Part shown: piece by piece, positions 1 to 10,586 of the stretch
How positions within the stretch are numbered: position 1 is the stretch's first letter
How the letters are laid out: the number at the start of each line of letters is the position of its first letter
NCBI RefSeq assembly: GCF_002601815.1
Contig: NZ_NIQD01000006.1
Strand: one strand, 5' to 3'
From: Pseudomonas paraeruginosa
GTDB taxonomy: Bacteria > Pseudomonadota > Gammaproteobacteria > Pseudomonadales > Pseudomonadaceae
Length of the DNA: 24,000 nt
Position numbers and translations under genes: made by a program
Notes under the pieces: model-generated
The model's database searches: none
Told to the model about the DNA's origin: nothing
What the model saw: the letters and a program-made list of their open reading frames with translations, nothing else

Positions 1-146
1 AAGGTGCCCTGAACCTCTCGGCCCGCGCGGCAACGCCCGTCGTCGACGGGCCTTGTCGCGGGCGGGAATGCGCCTGTCGCAAACAGGTCTTCAAGTCCTC
101 GCGACGGCGCGCTAGAAGGAGACTGTAATCCCCGCGAAGGCCCGCC

Positions 147-1070
147 ATGCGCCCCAGAATTCCCGCCCTGCTCCTCGGCCTCGTGCTGGCCGGCCAGGCC
201 CACGGACACACCTCCCCGTTGCTCGACCCGGTGCGGCAGATCCACGCCTTCGGCGACAGCTATTCGGATAACGGCGAAAGCCAGCGGCTGACCCGCAAGA
301 TGCTCGCCAAGGGCGTCGCCGGCGCCCAGGCGTTACCCGGCGAAGTCTACTGGCGGGGCCGCTGGAGCAACGGCCCGACCGCCGTCGAGGTGCTCGCCCG
401 CCAGCTCGGCGCGCAGTTGGCCGACCATGCGGTGGGCGGCGCCAAGAGCGGAGCGGACAACTATTACGGCTGGATGAGCGCCTACCGCCATACCGGCCTC
501 GCCGGCCAGGTCGACGCCTACCTCGCCACCCTGGAGGGCAAGCCGGCCGACGGCCAGGCGCTGCATTTCATCTTCGTTTCCGCCAACGACTTCTTCGAGC
601 ACGAGGATTTCGCCGGCGAGCAGCCCCTGGAACAACTGGCCGGCAGCAGCGTGGCGAACATCCGCGCCGCCGTGCAGCGCCTTGGCGACGCCGGCGCACG
701 GCGCTTCCTGGTGGTCAGCTCGACAGACCTGAGCGTGGCTCCGGCGGTGGTCGCCGGCAACCGGGTGGAACGGGCGCAGCGCTACCTGCAGGCGGTCAAC
801 GCCAGCCTGCCGATCCAGCTCGCCGCCCTGCGCAAGACCCGCGGCCTGGAGCTGAGCTGGTTCGACCACCAGACCTTCAGCAGCCACCTGCGGCGCAACG
901 CGGCGCGCTACGGCCTGGTGGAGCTGGACGCGCCCTGCCAGCCGACCCTGCCACGGGTCCGCCCGGCCTGCGCCAATCCCGACCAGTACTACTTCTGGGA
1001 CGAATGGCACCCGACACGGCGCGTACACCAACTGGCCGGCGAGGCGATGGCGGCGCGCTACGCCCGCTGA
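147..1070 (+). CDS. choE: Secreted SGNH/GDSL-family esterase (cholinesterase ChoE-like)
   Basis: The 307-aa ORF has an ATG at 147 preceded by GAAGG (136-140). It has an N-terminal signal peptide, MRPRIPALLLGLVLAGQAHG. GDSL block I 'FGDSYSDNG' carries the nucleophile Ser, and block V 'DEWHPT' gives the DxxH motif. The position next to azu matches the P. aeruginosa choE locus as I recall it. Confidence 0.85.
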   Translation: MRPRIPALLLGLVLAGQAHGHTSPLLDPVRQIHAFGDSYSDNGESQRLTRKMLAKGVAGAQALPGEVYWRGRWSNGPTAVEVLARQLGAQLADHAVGGAKSGADNYYGWMSAYRHTGLAGQVDAYLATLEGKPADGQALHFIFVSANDFFEHEDFAGEQPLEQLAGSSVANIRAAVQRLGDAGARRFLVVSSTDLSVAPAVVAGNRVERAQRYLQAVNASLPIQLAALRKTRGLELSWFDHQTFSSHLRRNAARYGLVELDAPCQPTLPRVRPACANPDQYYFWDEWHPTRRVHQLAGEAMAARYAR

Positions 1071-1089
1071 GCCTGGCGCGAGGCCCATG

Positions 1090-1117
1090 AAAAAGCCCGG
1101 CATCGGCCGGGCTTTTT
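1090..1117. terminator. Bidirectional rho-independent terminator between convergent choE and azu
   Basis: The sequence is AAAAA-GCCCGGC-atcg-GCCGGGC-TTTTT. It forms a perfect 7-bp GC stem flanked by an A-run and a T-run, so it can terminate in both directions. Confidence 0.85.
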
Positions 1118-1137
1118 CGTGCGGCGATCGCGCGCGA

Positions 1138-1584
1138 TCACTTCAGGGTCAGGGTGCCCTTCATCAGCGCGGAGTGGCCCGGGAAGGTGCAGAAGAACAT
1201 GTACTGTTCGCCTTCCTTCAGCTTGGAGACGTCGAAGGTCACGGAGTCTTTCTCGCCCGAGCCGATCAGCTTGGTGTGGGCGATGATGCGGGTGTCGTCG
1301 GGCTTCAGGTAGTCCTTGTCCAGGCCGGAGGCCATGCCGTCGGTGACCACGCCCTGCATGTCGGCGGCGGTGCTCAGTACCCAGTTGTGGCCCATGACGT
1401 TCTTCGGCAGGTTGCCGGGGTGGGACAGGTTGACGGTGAACTGCTTGCAGCTCTTGTCGATGGTGATCGCGTTGGTGTTGAACTGCATCTGGTCGTTACC
1501 CTGGATGTCCACCGAGCACTCGGCAGCCAGCAGCGGCGCACTGAGCAGGGACAGCAGGGATACCGCAGCGAGTTTACGTAGCAT
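1138..1584 (-). CDS. azu: Azurin precursor (blue copper protein)
   Basis: The translation from the internal ATG at 1584 is [20 protein letters not shown]|[16 protein letters not shown]...[19 protein letters not shown], 148 aa. The copper ligands are present in the G-H, C-x4-H and M contexts. AGGAGG lies just upstream. The extra 37 codons in the track ORF are non-coding. Confidence 0.98.
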   Translation of the reverse strand: MLRKLAAVSLLSLLSAPLLAAECSVDIQGNDQMQFNTNAITIDKSCKQFTVNLSHPGNLPKNVMGHNWVLSTAADMQGVVTDGMASGLDKDYLKPDDTRIIAHTKLIGSGEKDSVTFDVSKLKEGEQYMFFCTFPGHSALMKGTLTLK

Positions 1585-1656
1585 GGAGCAGCCTCCTAGG
1601 CAGGTTGGGCGATGAATCCTGAAAGAGCAGACTGCCCGATCGGGCGCCGAGTTCCA

Positions 1657-1670
1657 CTGATTCAGGTCAA
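1657..1670 (-). promoter_or_regulatory. Candidate Anr/Dnr (FNR-type) box upstream of azu
   Basis: On the minus strand this reads TTGAC-CTGA-ATCAG, an 8/10 match to TTGAT-N4-ATCAA. It is centred about 80 nt upstream of the azu ATG. ANR- and RpoS-dependent azu expression has been reported for P. aeruginosa. Confidence 0.5.
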
Positions 1671-1741
1671 ACCCGAACCGGACATGGCGGGGCATCGAGC
1701 GGGATCTGCCCGGCGTTTACTACGGGGAACCCCAGTTTTAG

Positions 1742-2446
<705 letters not shown>

Positions 2447-2458
2447 TCCACTCCCCGC

Positions 2459-3154
2459 TCAGGACGGCGGCAGCAGGCTCAGCGGGTCGAGCGGCCGGCC
2501 GTTCTGGCGGATCTCGAAGTACAACTGCACCCGGTCGGCATCCGAGGAGCCGGCCTCGGCGATCTTCTGGCCCTTGCTGACCATCTGTCCCTCCTTCACC
2601 AGCAAGCGGCTGTTGTGCGCGTAGGTGCTGGTGTACGAGGTACCGTGCTGGATGATCACCAGGTTGCCGTAGCCGCGCATGTTGTTCACCGCGAACACCA
2701 CCTTGCCGGCCAGCGAGGCCTGCACCGGCTGGCCCAGGGTGCCGGCGATGCGGATGCCCTTGTTGAGCTTGTCGGAACTGGAGAAGCGGCGGATCACCGG
2801 CCCCTTCATCGGCCACTGCCAGCCGCGCAGGGTCACCGACGGCGGCGGAGGCGGCGGCTTGCGCGCACGGGCGCTCGACGAGGAGCGGCGGCTGGCGACG
2901 TAGGTCGACTTGCGCCCGTCGAAGCGCACCACCTGGCCGACCTTCACCGCGTAGGGCGGGCGGATGCCGTTGGCGCGCGCCAGGTCCTTGTAGTTCCAGC
3001 CATGGCGGGTGGCGATCGAGTAGAGGGTATCGCCGCGCTTGACGCGGTATTCGCCGCGCACGACCTTCGGCACCGACGCTCCCGGAGCGGAAGCCTTGGA
3101 GCTGCACGCGGATACCGCCAGCAGGACGGCGATCAAGAGCAATCTGAAAAACAC
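2459..3154 (-). CDS. Lipoprotein with a LysM domain and a catalytically degenerate LytM (M23) domain, NlpD-like
   Basis: The start is GTG at 3154 with AAGGA upstream. The lipobox is LLAVSA-C. The LysM domain reads 'YRVKRGDTLYSIATRHGWNYKDLARANGI'. The M23 fold reads 'GIRIAG...YGNLVIIQHG...YAHN...LYFEIR', but the metal-ligand positions are substituted. Confidence 0.88.
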   Translation of the reverse strand: MFFRLLLIAVLLAVSACSSKASAPGASVPKVVRGEYRVKRGDTLYSIATRHGWNYKDLARANGIRPPYAVKVGQVVRFDGRKSTYVASRRSSSSARARKPPPPPPSVTLRGWQWPMKGPVIRRFSSSDKLNKGIRIAGTLGQPVQASLAGKVVFAVNNMRGYGNLVIIQHGTSYTSTYAHNSRLLVKEGQMVSKGQKIAEAGSSDADRVQLYFEIRQNGRPLDPLSLLPPS

Positions 3155-3292
3155 ACGGAATCCTTTTTCCGATGGAACCCGGCCGGCGGCGGCGACGGTT
3201 GCAGGCCCGCACTATACCCGTTCGCCGGCCAGCCCGTTGGACCCGTCGCCGTCCCGTTCGCTCCCGTCCGACCTCGCCCGGCGGCGGCCGCC

Positions 3293-3322
3293 AAACGAAG
3301 ACGCCCCGCGAAGCGGGGCGTC
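3293..3322 (-). terminator. Rho-independent terminator after the MscS-type gene
   Basis: GACGCCCCGC-gaa-GCGGGGCGTC forms a perfect 10-bp stem at 3300-3322. On the minus strand it is followed by TTCGTTTGG. Confidence 0.7.
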
Positions 3323-3348
3323 CTCTCGACTCGATCCGCGACCGCGCG

Positions 3349-4200
3349 TCAGGCCCCGCCAGCCTGCTGCACGATCACCGTCTGCGCCGGCATCGGCGCC
3401 GGGAAGTCCGCGCCGAGGGCGTCCTTGATCACCTTGTTGGTGTCGAAGTAGACCTGCCAGTAATGGTCGTTGTGGCAGTACGGACGCACCGCCAGCACCG
3501 GTCCGACCAGGTTGAACTCGAGGATCTCCACGTCCACCGGCGGCTCGCCGAGCACGTTGGGAATCGCCGCGACACGCTGCCTGAGCAGGGCGATGGCCGC
3601 CTGGTAGTCGGCGGCGCCGGAGAGCTGCGCCTTCAGTTCGACCCGGCGGAACGGGTTGTGGGTGAAGTTCTGGATGTTGTCGCTGAAGATCTTGTTGTTG
3701 CCGACCATGGTCAGCACGTTGTCCGGGGTGTTGATCGCGGTGGTGAACAGGCCGATCTCCTTGACCGTGCCGGTCACTCCGCCAGCGCAGATGAAGTCGC
3801 CGACCTTGAACGGCCGCAGGACGATGATGAAGCCGCCGGCCGCCAGGTTCGCCAGCAATCCCGACCAGGCCATGCCGATGGCCAGGCCGACCGCCGCGAT
3901 CAACGCCGCCAGGCTGGTGGTCTGGATGCCGAAGAAACCGAGGATGCCCACCACCAGGAGGATGTTCAGGGTCACCGTGATGAACGAGCCGACGTAGCGC
4001 AGCACGGTCGGGTCGACCTTCTGTCGCTCCAGGGACTTCTGCACCATGCCGACGGCGAAGCCGATCAGCCAGCGGCCGATCACCCAGAAGGCGATGGCCG
4101 CGAGAATCTTGATGCCGAAGGCGAAGGCGTACTGGGACACCGTCGCCCAGAGCGCGTTGATCTTCTCGGTACCTACGTTGACGATCGTCGTGTCATCCAT
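3349..4200 (-). CDS. Small-conductance mechanosensitive channel (MscS family)
   Basis: The 283-aa product from the ATG at 4200 (MDDTTIVNV...) is collinear with E. coli MscS over its full length. This includes three TM helices and the pore helix 'LIAAVGLAIGMAWSGLLANLAAGGFIIVLRPFKVGD'. The upstream 30 codons of the track ORF have no MscS counterpart. Confidence 0.88.
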   Translation of the reverse strand: MDDTTIVNVGTEKINALWATVSQYAFAFGIKILAAIAFWVIGRWLIGFAVGMVQKSLERQKVDPTVLRYVGSFITVTLNILLVVGILGFFGIQTTSLAALIAAVGLAIGMAWSGLLANLAAGGFIIVLRPFKVGDFICAGGVTGTVKEIGLFTTAINTPDNVLTMVGNNKIFSDNIQNFTHNPFRRVELKAQLSGAADYQAAIALLRQRVAAIPNVLGEPPVDVEILEFNLVGPVLAVRPYCHNDHYWQVYFDTNKVIKDALGADFPAPMPAQTVIVQQAGGA

Positions 4201-4450
4201 ATCGCTCACCCTGCGCAAGGAAGGAGTCTGGCTCCGTACGAGAACCGCCCCTGGCACCGGAAAGGCAGGCTCCGGCCCCTGGCCCGACAACGTCCGTAGC
4301 GGATCCTGGAAAAGCTAGCACGCCGCCGCGAATTTGCCGGAGTACCGCTTCGTTGTCCCCAAACGGCGTGGGCGAGGCTGTGGACAAGCTGGGAGAAAAA
4401 CGCCGCGGCCCCCGATTGGCAGGGCCTGGCGAGGACTGCTCGGTTCTTGA

Positions 4451-5386
4451 TCAGCAGCCGCCTTCCGCCACCGGCAACACGGTCACCCGCACCTCCGGAT
4501 CGTGGCTGCCGCCGCCGAGGATCACCCCGCGCAAGGGCGACACATCGGAGAAGTCGCGGCCCCAGGCCAGGGTGATGTGCTCCCGGTCGGGGAGGATGTT
4601 GTTGGTCGGGTCGAAGTCCACCCAGCCGTTGCGCGGGCAGTACAGCGAAACCCAGGCGTGCGAGGCATCGGCGCCGATCAGGCGCGGCTGCCCGGGCGGC
4701 GGCCGGGTCAGCAGGTAGCCGCTGACGTAGCGCGCCGCCAGGCCACGCGAACGCAGGCAGGCGAGCATCAGGTGGGCGAAGTCCTGGCAGACTCCGCGGC
4801 GGCGCTCCAGCACCTCGCTCAAGGGCGTCGCCACCTGGGTCGCCTGGGCGTCGAAGGCGAACTCGCGGAAGATCTTCTCCATCAGCGCCGCCGTCGCCAC
4901 CAGCAGCGGCCGGCCAGGCGGGAAGCAGGCGGCGGCGAACTCGGCGAACGGCCCCTGGCGGCGGACATAGGGCGAATCGACCCGGTAACGGCAGGCATCC
5001 AGTTCGGCGGCATCCAGCGGCCGCCCGGAAAATGCCAGTCCGGCGGCGACCGCGTCCCAGGCCGGCGACGCCGCCAGTTGCGCCGGCGCGTGGGCGAACA
5101 CCTCGACCTGCAGGCGCGCGCTGACCCGCAACTCCTCGTGCGGCCGCTCGAAGGCCAGCCGGCTCAGCGGATTGCCGAACGCATCCTCGCCATCCTCGCG
5201 CCGGCTCGGCCCCGGCTCGACCAGCAAGGCACGCTCATGGCAGCGCTGCCAGGCGCAGTCGCGCGGCCACAGGTGCGCCAGTTGCCACGACAGCGACACC
5301 GGCGCCGCGTAGCGGTAGTGGGTGTCGTGCAGCACCTGGTAGCGGGCGCCACGGAGCGGAACGGAGCGAAGGGCGGGAGCGGACAT
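4451..5386 (-). CDS. Transglutaminase-like cysteine protease-fold protein (N-terminal bacterial transglutaminase-N region plus TGase core)
   Basis: The product is 311 aa. A Cys-His-Asp triad is readable: 'RRGVC(200)QDFAHL', 'ASH(243)AWVSLY' and 'GWVD(258)FDPTN'. The start ATG overlaps the upstream stop by one base (TGATG). Confidence 0.85.
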   Translation of the reverse strand: MSAPALRSVPLRGARYQVLHDTHYRYAAPVSLSWQLAHLWPRDCAWQRCHERALLVEPGPSRREDGEDAFGNPLSRLAFERPHEELRVSARLQVEVFAHAPAQLAASPAWDAVAAGLAFSGRPLDAAELDACRYRVDSPYVRRQGPFAEFAAACFPPGRPLLVATAALMEKIFREFAFDAQATQVATPLSEVLERRRGVCQDFAHLMLACLRSRGLAARYVSGYLLTRPPPGQPRLIGADASHAWVSLYCPRNGWVDFDPTNNILPDREHITLAWGRDFSDVSPLRGVILGGGSHDPEVRVTVLPVAEGGC

Positions 5387-7884
5387 CAGGTGGATACCGT
5401 TCTCTGGCTGACGTCGTCGACATGGGCGAAATGGCGCAAGCCTAGCCGATCCGAGACCTGCCCGGCGCTGCCGGCGATCTCGCGCAGCAGCCGCGCCAGC
5501 CCGGCGAGCACCTCGTCGAGCCCGGCCGCGCCGAACAGCGGGCTTTCCAGGGTTGCCAGGTCGAAGCCGCGCAGGCGTTCGCCGAGGGCCTTCAGTTCGC
5601 GCTCGCGCGGCGCGCCGAACTCCTGGTGCAGGTGTTCCAGGGAGCGCTCCAGGGCCTGTAGCTGGAAGCGCAGCGAGTGCGGGTTCTGCTCGTGCAGCAG
5701 GAGCAGGTCGAGCACCGGGATCAATTGTGGCGAGGCCAGGTAGCGCGAGCGGTAGGTGATGCCGCTGTTGCCCAGTTCCAGCAACCCGTCCAGCGCGCCC
5801 GGGTCCCAGGCGGTGCCGGCGTCGAGGAAGGCGGCGATGCTCTCGGCGAAGAAGCGCACGCGTTCGATGCGCCGGCCGATCATCAGGAAACGCCAGCCAT
5901 CATCGCGGGTCATGTCGTCGAGGGCGAAGCCGGACAGCGCGGCCAGGGACATCAGCAGCCGGTCGAGGAAATCCAGCGCCTCACCGAGATCGGTGCGCGC
6001 CGGGTCGAGCGCCAGGGCATCGCGCTGCAGCGCCAGCAGCGCCAGCCAGTTCTCCCCCGACAGGCGCCCGCGCACCTGCGCCGCCGCCCCGTGCAGGCGG
6101 CGCAGGTTGGCGCACAGGCTGGCCGCCCAGTGCTCGTCGAGCAATGCCCGCAGCAGGCGCCGTTCCAGCGCCGCGGGCGCATCGGGCAGCAGGCCGATGT
6201 CGGCGGCCAGGGCCAGGGCGCTGCGCAGCGCCTCGTCGTCGCCGTCGGCATCCACGTAACGCGACAGCACCACCCGCAGTAGCCGTGCGTGGTCGTCGCA
6301 GCGCTCGGCATAGCGACCGAACCAGAACAGGTTTTCCACTACCCGCGACGGCAGGTACGGGTCTTCGCGTACCAGGTCGCGCACGCCGAGCGAACGTGGC
6401 CGCAAGGGCTCGCCACCGACCGGGCGCTCGGCGAGCACCCAGGTGTCCTTGCTGGCGCCGCCGCGCTGCATCGACACCACTTCGGCATCCGCCGCGGAAG
6501 CCACCCGGGTCAGCCCGCCGGGCATCACCCAGTAGCGCCCGTCGCTGGCGGCGACGGCGAACACGCGCATACCGATCGCCCGCGCCTGCAGAGCGCCGTC
6601 GGCGCCGTCGTCGCGCCACACCGGCGCCAGGGACAGCTGCGCCAGGCGCTGCGCCACGTAGGCCTGCGGCTGCTCGCGCAGGCGCTCGTCGAGCGCGGCC
6701 AGGCCGGCGGCATCGAGGGCATGGCCGAACAGCGGCTCGAACCGCTGGCCGGGAAAGGCCGGCTTGATCACCAGCCCAGGCAGTTCCGCGCTTATCGCGT
6801 CCAGTGCCTGCGGCTCGCCGCACCAGCGGGTAGCGACCGACGGCAGCGACAGCTCCTCGCCGAGCAGGCGGCGGCTCGCCGCCGGCAGGAAACCGAGCAG
6901 GCCGGGCGATTCCAGCACCCCGCTGCCCAGCGCATTGGCCATCAGCACCCGTCCCTGGCGCACCGCCTCGAGCAGGCCTGGAATACCCAGGGCGGAATCG
7001 TTGCGCAGTTCCAGCGGATCGCAGAAGTCGTCGTCGAGGCGGCGCAGTACCGCGTGCACGCGCTTGAGGCCACCGAGGGTCTTCAGGTAGAGGGTGGCGT
7101 CGCGCACCGTCAGGTCGTGCCCCTCGACCAGCGGGAACCCGAGCTGGCGCGCCAGGTACAGGTGTTCGAAATAGGTTTCGTTGAAGCGCCCAGGGGTCAG
7201 CAGCACCACCAGCGGCGTCTCGCCGTCGCTGGCGGCCTGGCTGGCGAGGGTTTCCTGCAGGGTGCGGAAGTACCCGGCCAGGTACTGCACGCGCAGGTCG
7301 CGGTACAGTTCCGGCAGGGCTCGCGAGACGATCTGCCGGTTCTCCAGCGCATAGCCGGCGCCGGATGGCGCCTGGGTACGGTCGGCGAGCACCTGCCAGC
7401 GGCCATCGGCATCGCGCACCAGATCGACGGCATAGCTATGCAGGAAGATCCCGCCGGGCGGCTGGATGCCTACTGCCGGCCAGAGGAAGTTCGGATGGCC
7501 GTAGACCAGCTCGCTGGGCAGCAGCCCCTCGGCGAGCAGGCGCTGCTCGCCGTACAGGTCGGCCAGCAACGCGTTGAGCAGCCGTGCCCGTTGCGCCACG
7601 CCGGCGGCGAGCGGCTGCCACTCGGCGGCCGACAGCAGGTTCGGCAGCAGGTCTAGCTCCCAGGGCCGGTCGGTGCCCTTGGGATCGGCGTAGACGTTAT
7701 AGGTGACCCCGTTTTCCTGGATCTGCCGCTCGACCAGCGCCTGGCGCTGGCGCAACTGCGCCGGGCCGCTGCGCTCCAGTTGGCGGAACAGGCGCTGCCA
7801 GTGTGGACGCACGCCGCCCTGGCGATCGAGCAATTCGTGGTAGGCCGTGTCGCGTGACGGAGGGTGGGCGGGCAGCTCGGGCAT
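5386..7884 (-). CDS. Fusion protein: circularly permuted type-2 ATP-grasp domain (about residues 1-490) plus alpha-E domain (about residues 510-832)
   Basis: The product is 832 aa. The N-terminal part resembles the DUF404/DUF407-type cpATP-grasp family ('VTYNVYADP...RPWELDLLP', 'MANALGSGVLESPGLLGFLP'). The C-terminal part opens with the alpha-E signature 'ENLFWFGRYAERCDDHARLL'. The combined size equals the usual separate proteins of about 480 and about 315 aa. Confidence 0.8.
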   Translation of the reverse strand: MPELPAHPPSRDTAYHELLDRQGGVRPHWQRLFRQLERSGPAQLRQRQALVERQIQENGVTYNVYADPKGTDRPWELDLLPNLLSAAEWQPLAAGVAQRARLLNALLADLYGEQRLLAEGLLPSELVYGHPNFLWPAVGIQPPGGIFLHSYAVDLVRDADGRWQVLADRTQAPSGAGYALENRQIVSRALPELYRDLRVQYLAGYFRTLQETLASQAASDGETPLVVLLTPGRFNETYFEHLYLARQLGFPLVEGHDLTVRDATLYLKTLGGLKRVHAVLRRLDDDFCDPLELRNDSALGIPGLLEAVRQGRVLMANALGSGVLESPGLLGFLPAASRRLLGEELSLPSVATRWCGEPQALDAISAELPGLVIKPAFPGQRFEPLFGHALDAAGLAALDERLREQPQAYVAQRLAQLSLAPVWRDDGADGALQARAIGMRVFAVAASDGRYWVMPGGLTRVASAADAEVVSMQRGGASKDTWVLAERPVGGEPLRPRSLGVRDLVREDPYLPSRVVENLFWFGRYAERCDDHARLLRVVLSRYVDADGDDEALRSALALAADIGLLPDAPAALERRLLRALLDEHWAASLCANLRRLHGAAAQVRGRLSGENWLALLALQRDALALDPARTDLGEALDFLDRLLMSLAALSGFALDDMTRDDGWRFLMIGRRIERVRFFAESIAAFLDAGTAWDPGALDGLLELGNSGITYRSRYLASPQLIPVLDLLLLHEQNPHSLRFQLQALERSLEHLHQEFGAPRERELKALGERLRGFDLATLESPLFGAAGLDEVLAGLARLLREIAGSAGQVSDRLGLRHFAHVDDVSQRTVST

Positions 7885-8135
7885 CGCGGGCTCGCGGGGC
7901 TGGGTTTGCGGTCACTGTAGCGGACTCGGCGGCACGCCGCCGGAGCAAAGCGACGAGGCGTCGCCAGGGGCGGTAGCACAGCCTCCGCAAAGGACCGGGG
8001 CAGTTCCCGTGGCGCAAGACTTGTGCCAGAGCCAGCGGCCGCGCCCGGCACGCGCTCCGGCCCCGGTTGCGCACCGGCACGGTGCGCGCATGCGGGTCGC
8101 GCGCCCCTCTACGGGGCGACCGCCGCCGCGCCGAA

Positions 8136-10388
<2,253 letters not shown>

Positions 10389-10430
10389 CGGGTATCTCTA
10401 GGAATGGGGAGCGCAAAAACGCGGGCGCGG

Positions 10431-10439
10431 AATATAGCA
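10431..10439 (-). promoter_or_regulatory. Candidate extended -10 promoter (TGcTATATT) for ygiQ
   Basis: The minus strand reads TGC-TATATT inside the only AT-rich patch of the ygiQ/GGDEF divergent intergenic region. No good -35 element is present. Confidence 0.35.
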
Positions 10440-10586
10440 CAAAAAATGAGCAATTCCGACGTTTTCACTAGGTATTGCCTGTCGTCGGGCGGCTCGTGGA
10501 AATGCCATCATTTAGCCATCTAACTTCTATACTGCGATCACTGTCATCTCACCCGGCCTCGACGACAGGCCCCCGGGAGAGTCATC

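Noticed and set aside
1585-1695. A 37-codon N-terminal extension of azurin (track ORF start at 1695) was considered.
   Set aside because: The azurin precursor is known to begin MLRKLAAV with a Sec signal peptide, and AGGAGG lies immediately upstream of the ATG at 1584. The extension would also bury the candidate Anr box inside coding sequence.
4252-4267. A sigma-54-like element, TGGCACC-GGAA-AGGCA, has correct GG-N10-GC spacing on the + strand.
   Set aside because: It points rightward into the 3' end of the minus-strand transglutaminase gene, and no + strand gene lies downstream for 6 kb. The -12 element lacks the TT, and the motif lies in the MscS upstream region. It is most likely a chance match in GC-rich DNA.
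4201-4290. A 30-codon N-terminal extension of the MscS ORF (start at 4290) was considered.
   Set aside because: The extension (MSGQGPEPAFPVPGAVLVRSQTPSLRRVSD) has no counterpart in MscS proteins, whereas the product from the ATG at 4200 aligns from residue 1 with E. coli MscS. It was kept as 5' UTR.
4380-4450. A possible terminator after the transglutaminase gene (GCCGCGGC palindrome plus TTTTTCTC on the minus strand, about 4392-4412) was considered.
   Set aside because: The stem is very short and loop-less (8-nt palindrome), and alternative pairings are imperfect. The evidence is insufficient to annotate it as a feature, although some termination signal must exist here.
10500-10540. A TATACT hexamer at 10529-10534 was considered as the -10 element of the nicD promoter.
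   Set aside because: No acceptable -35 element exists at 16-18 nt spacing (CCATCA or GCCATC). It is plausible but too weak to call without TSS data.
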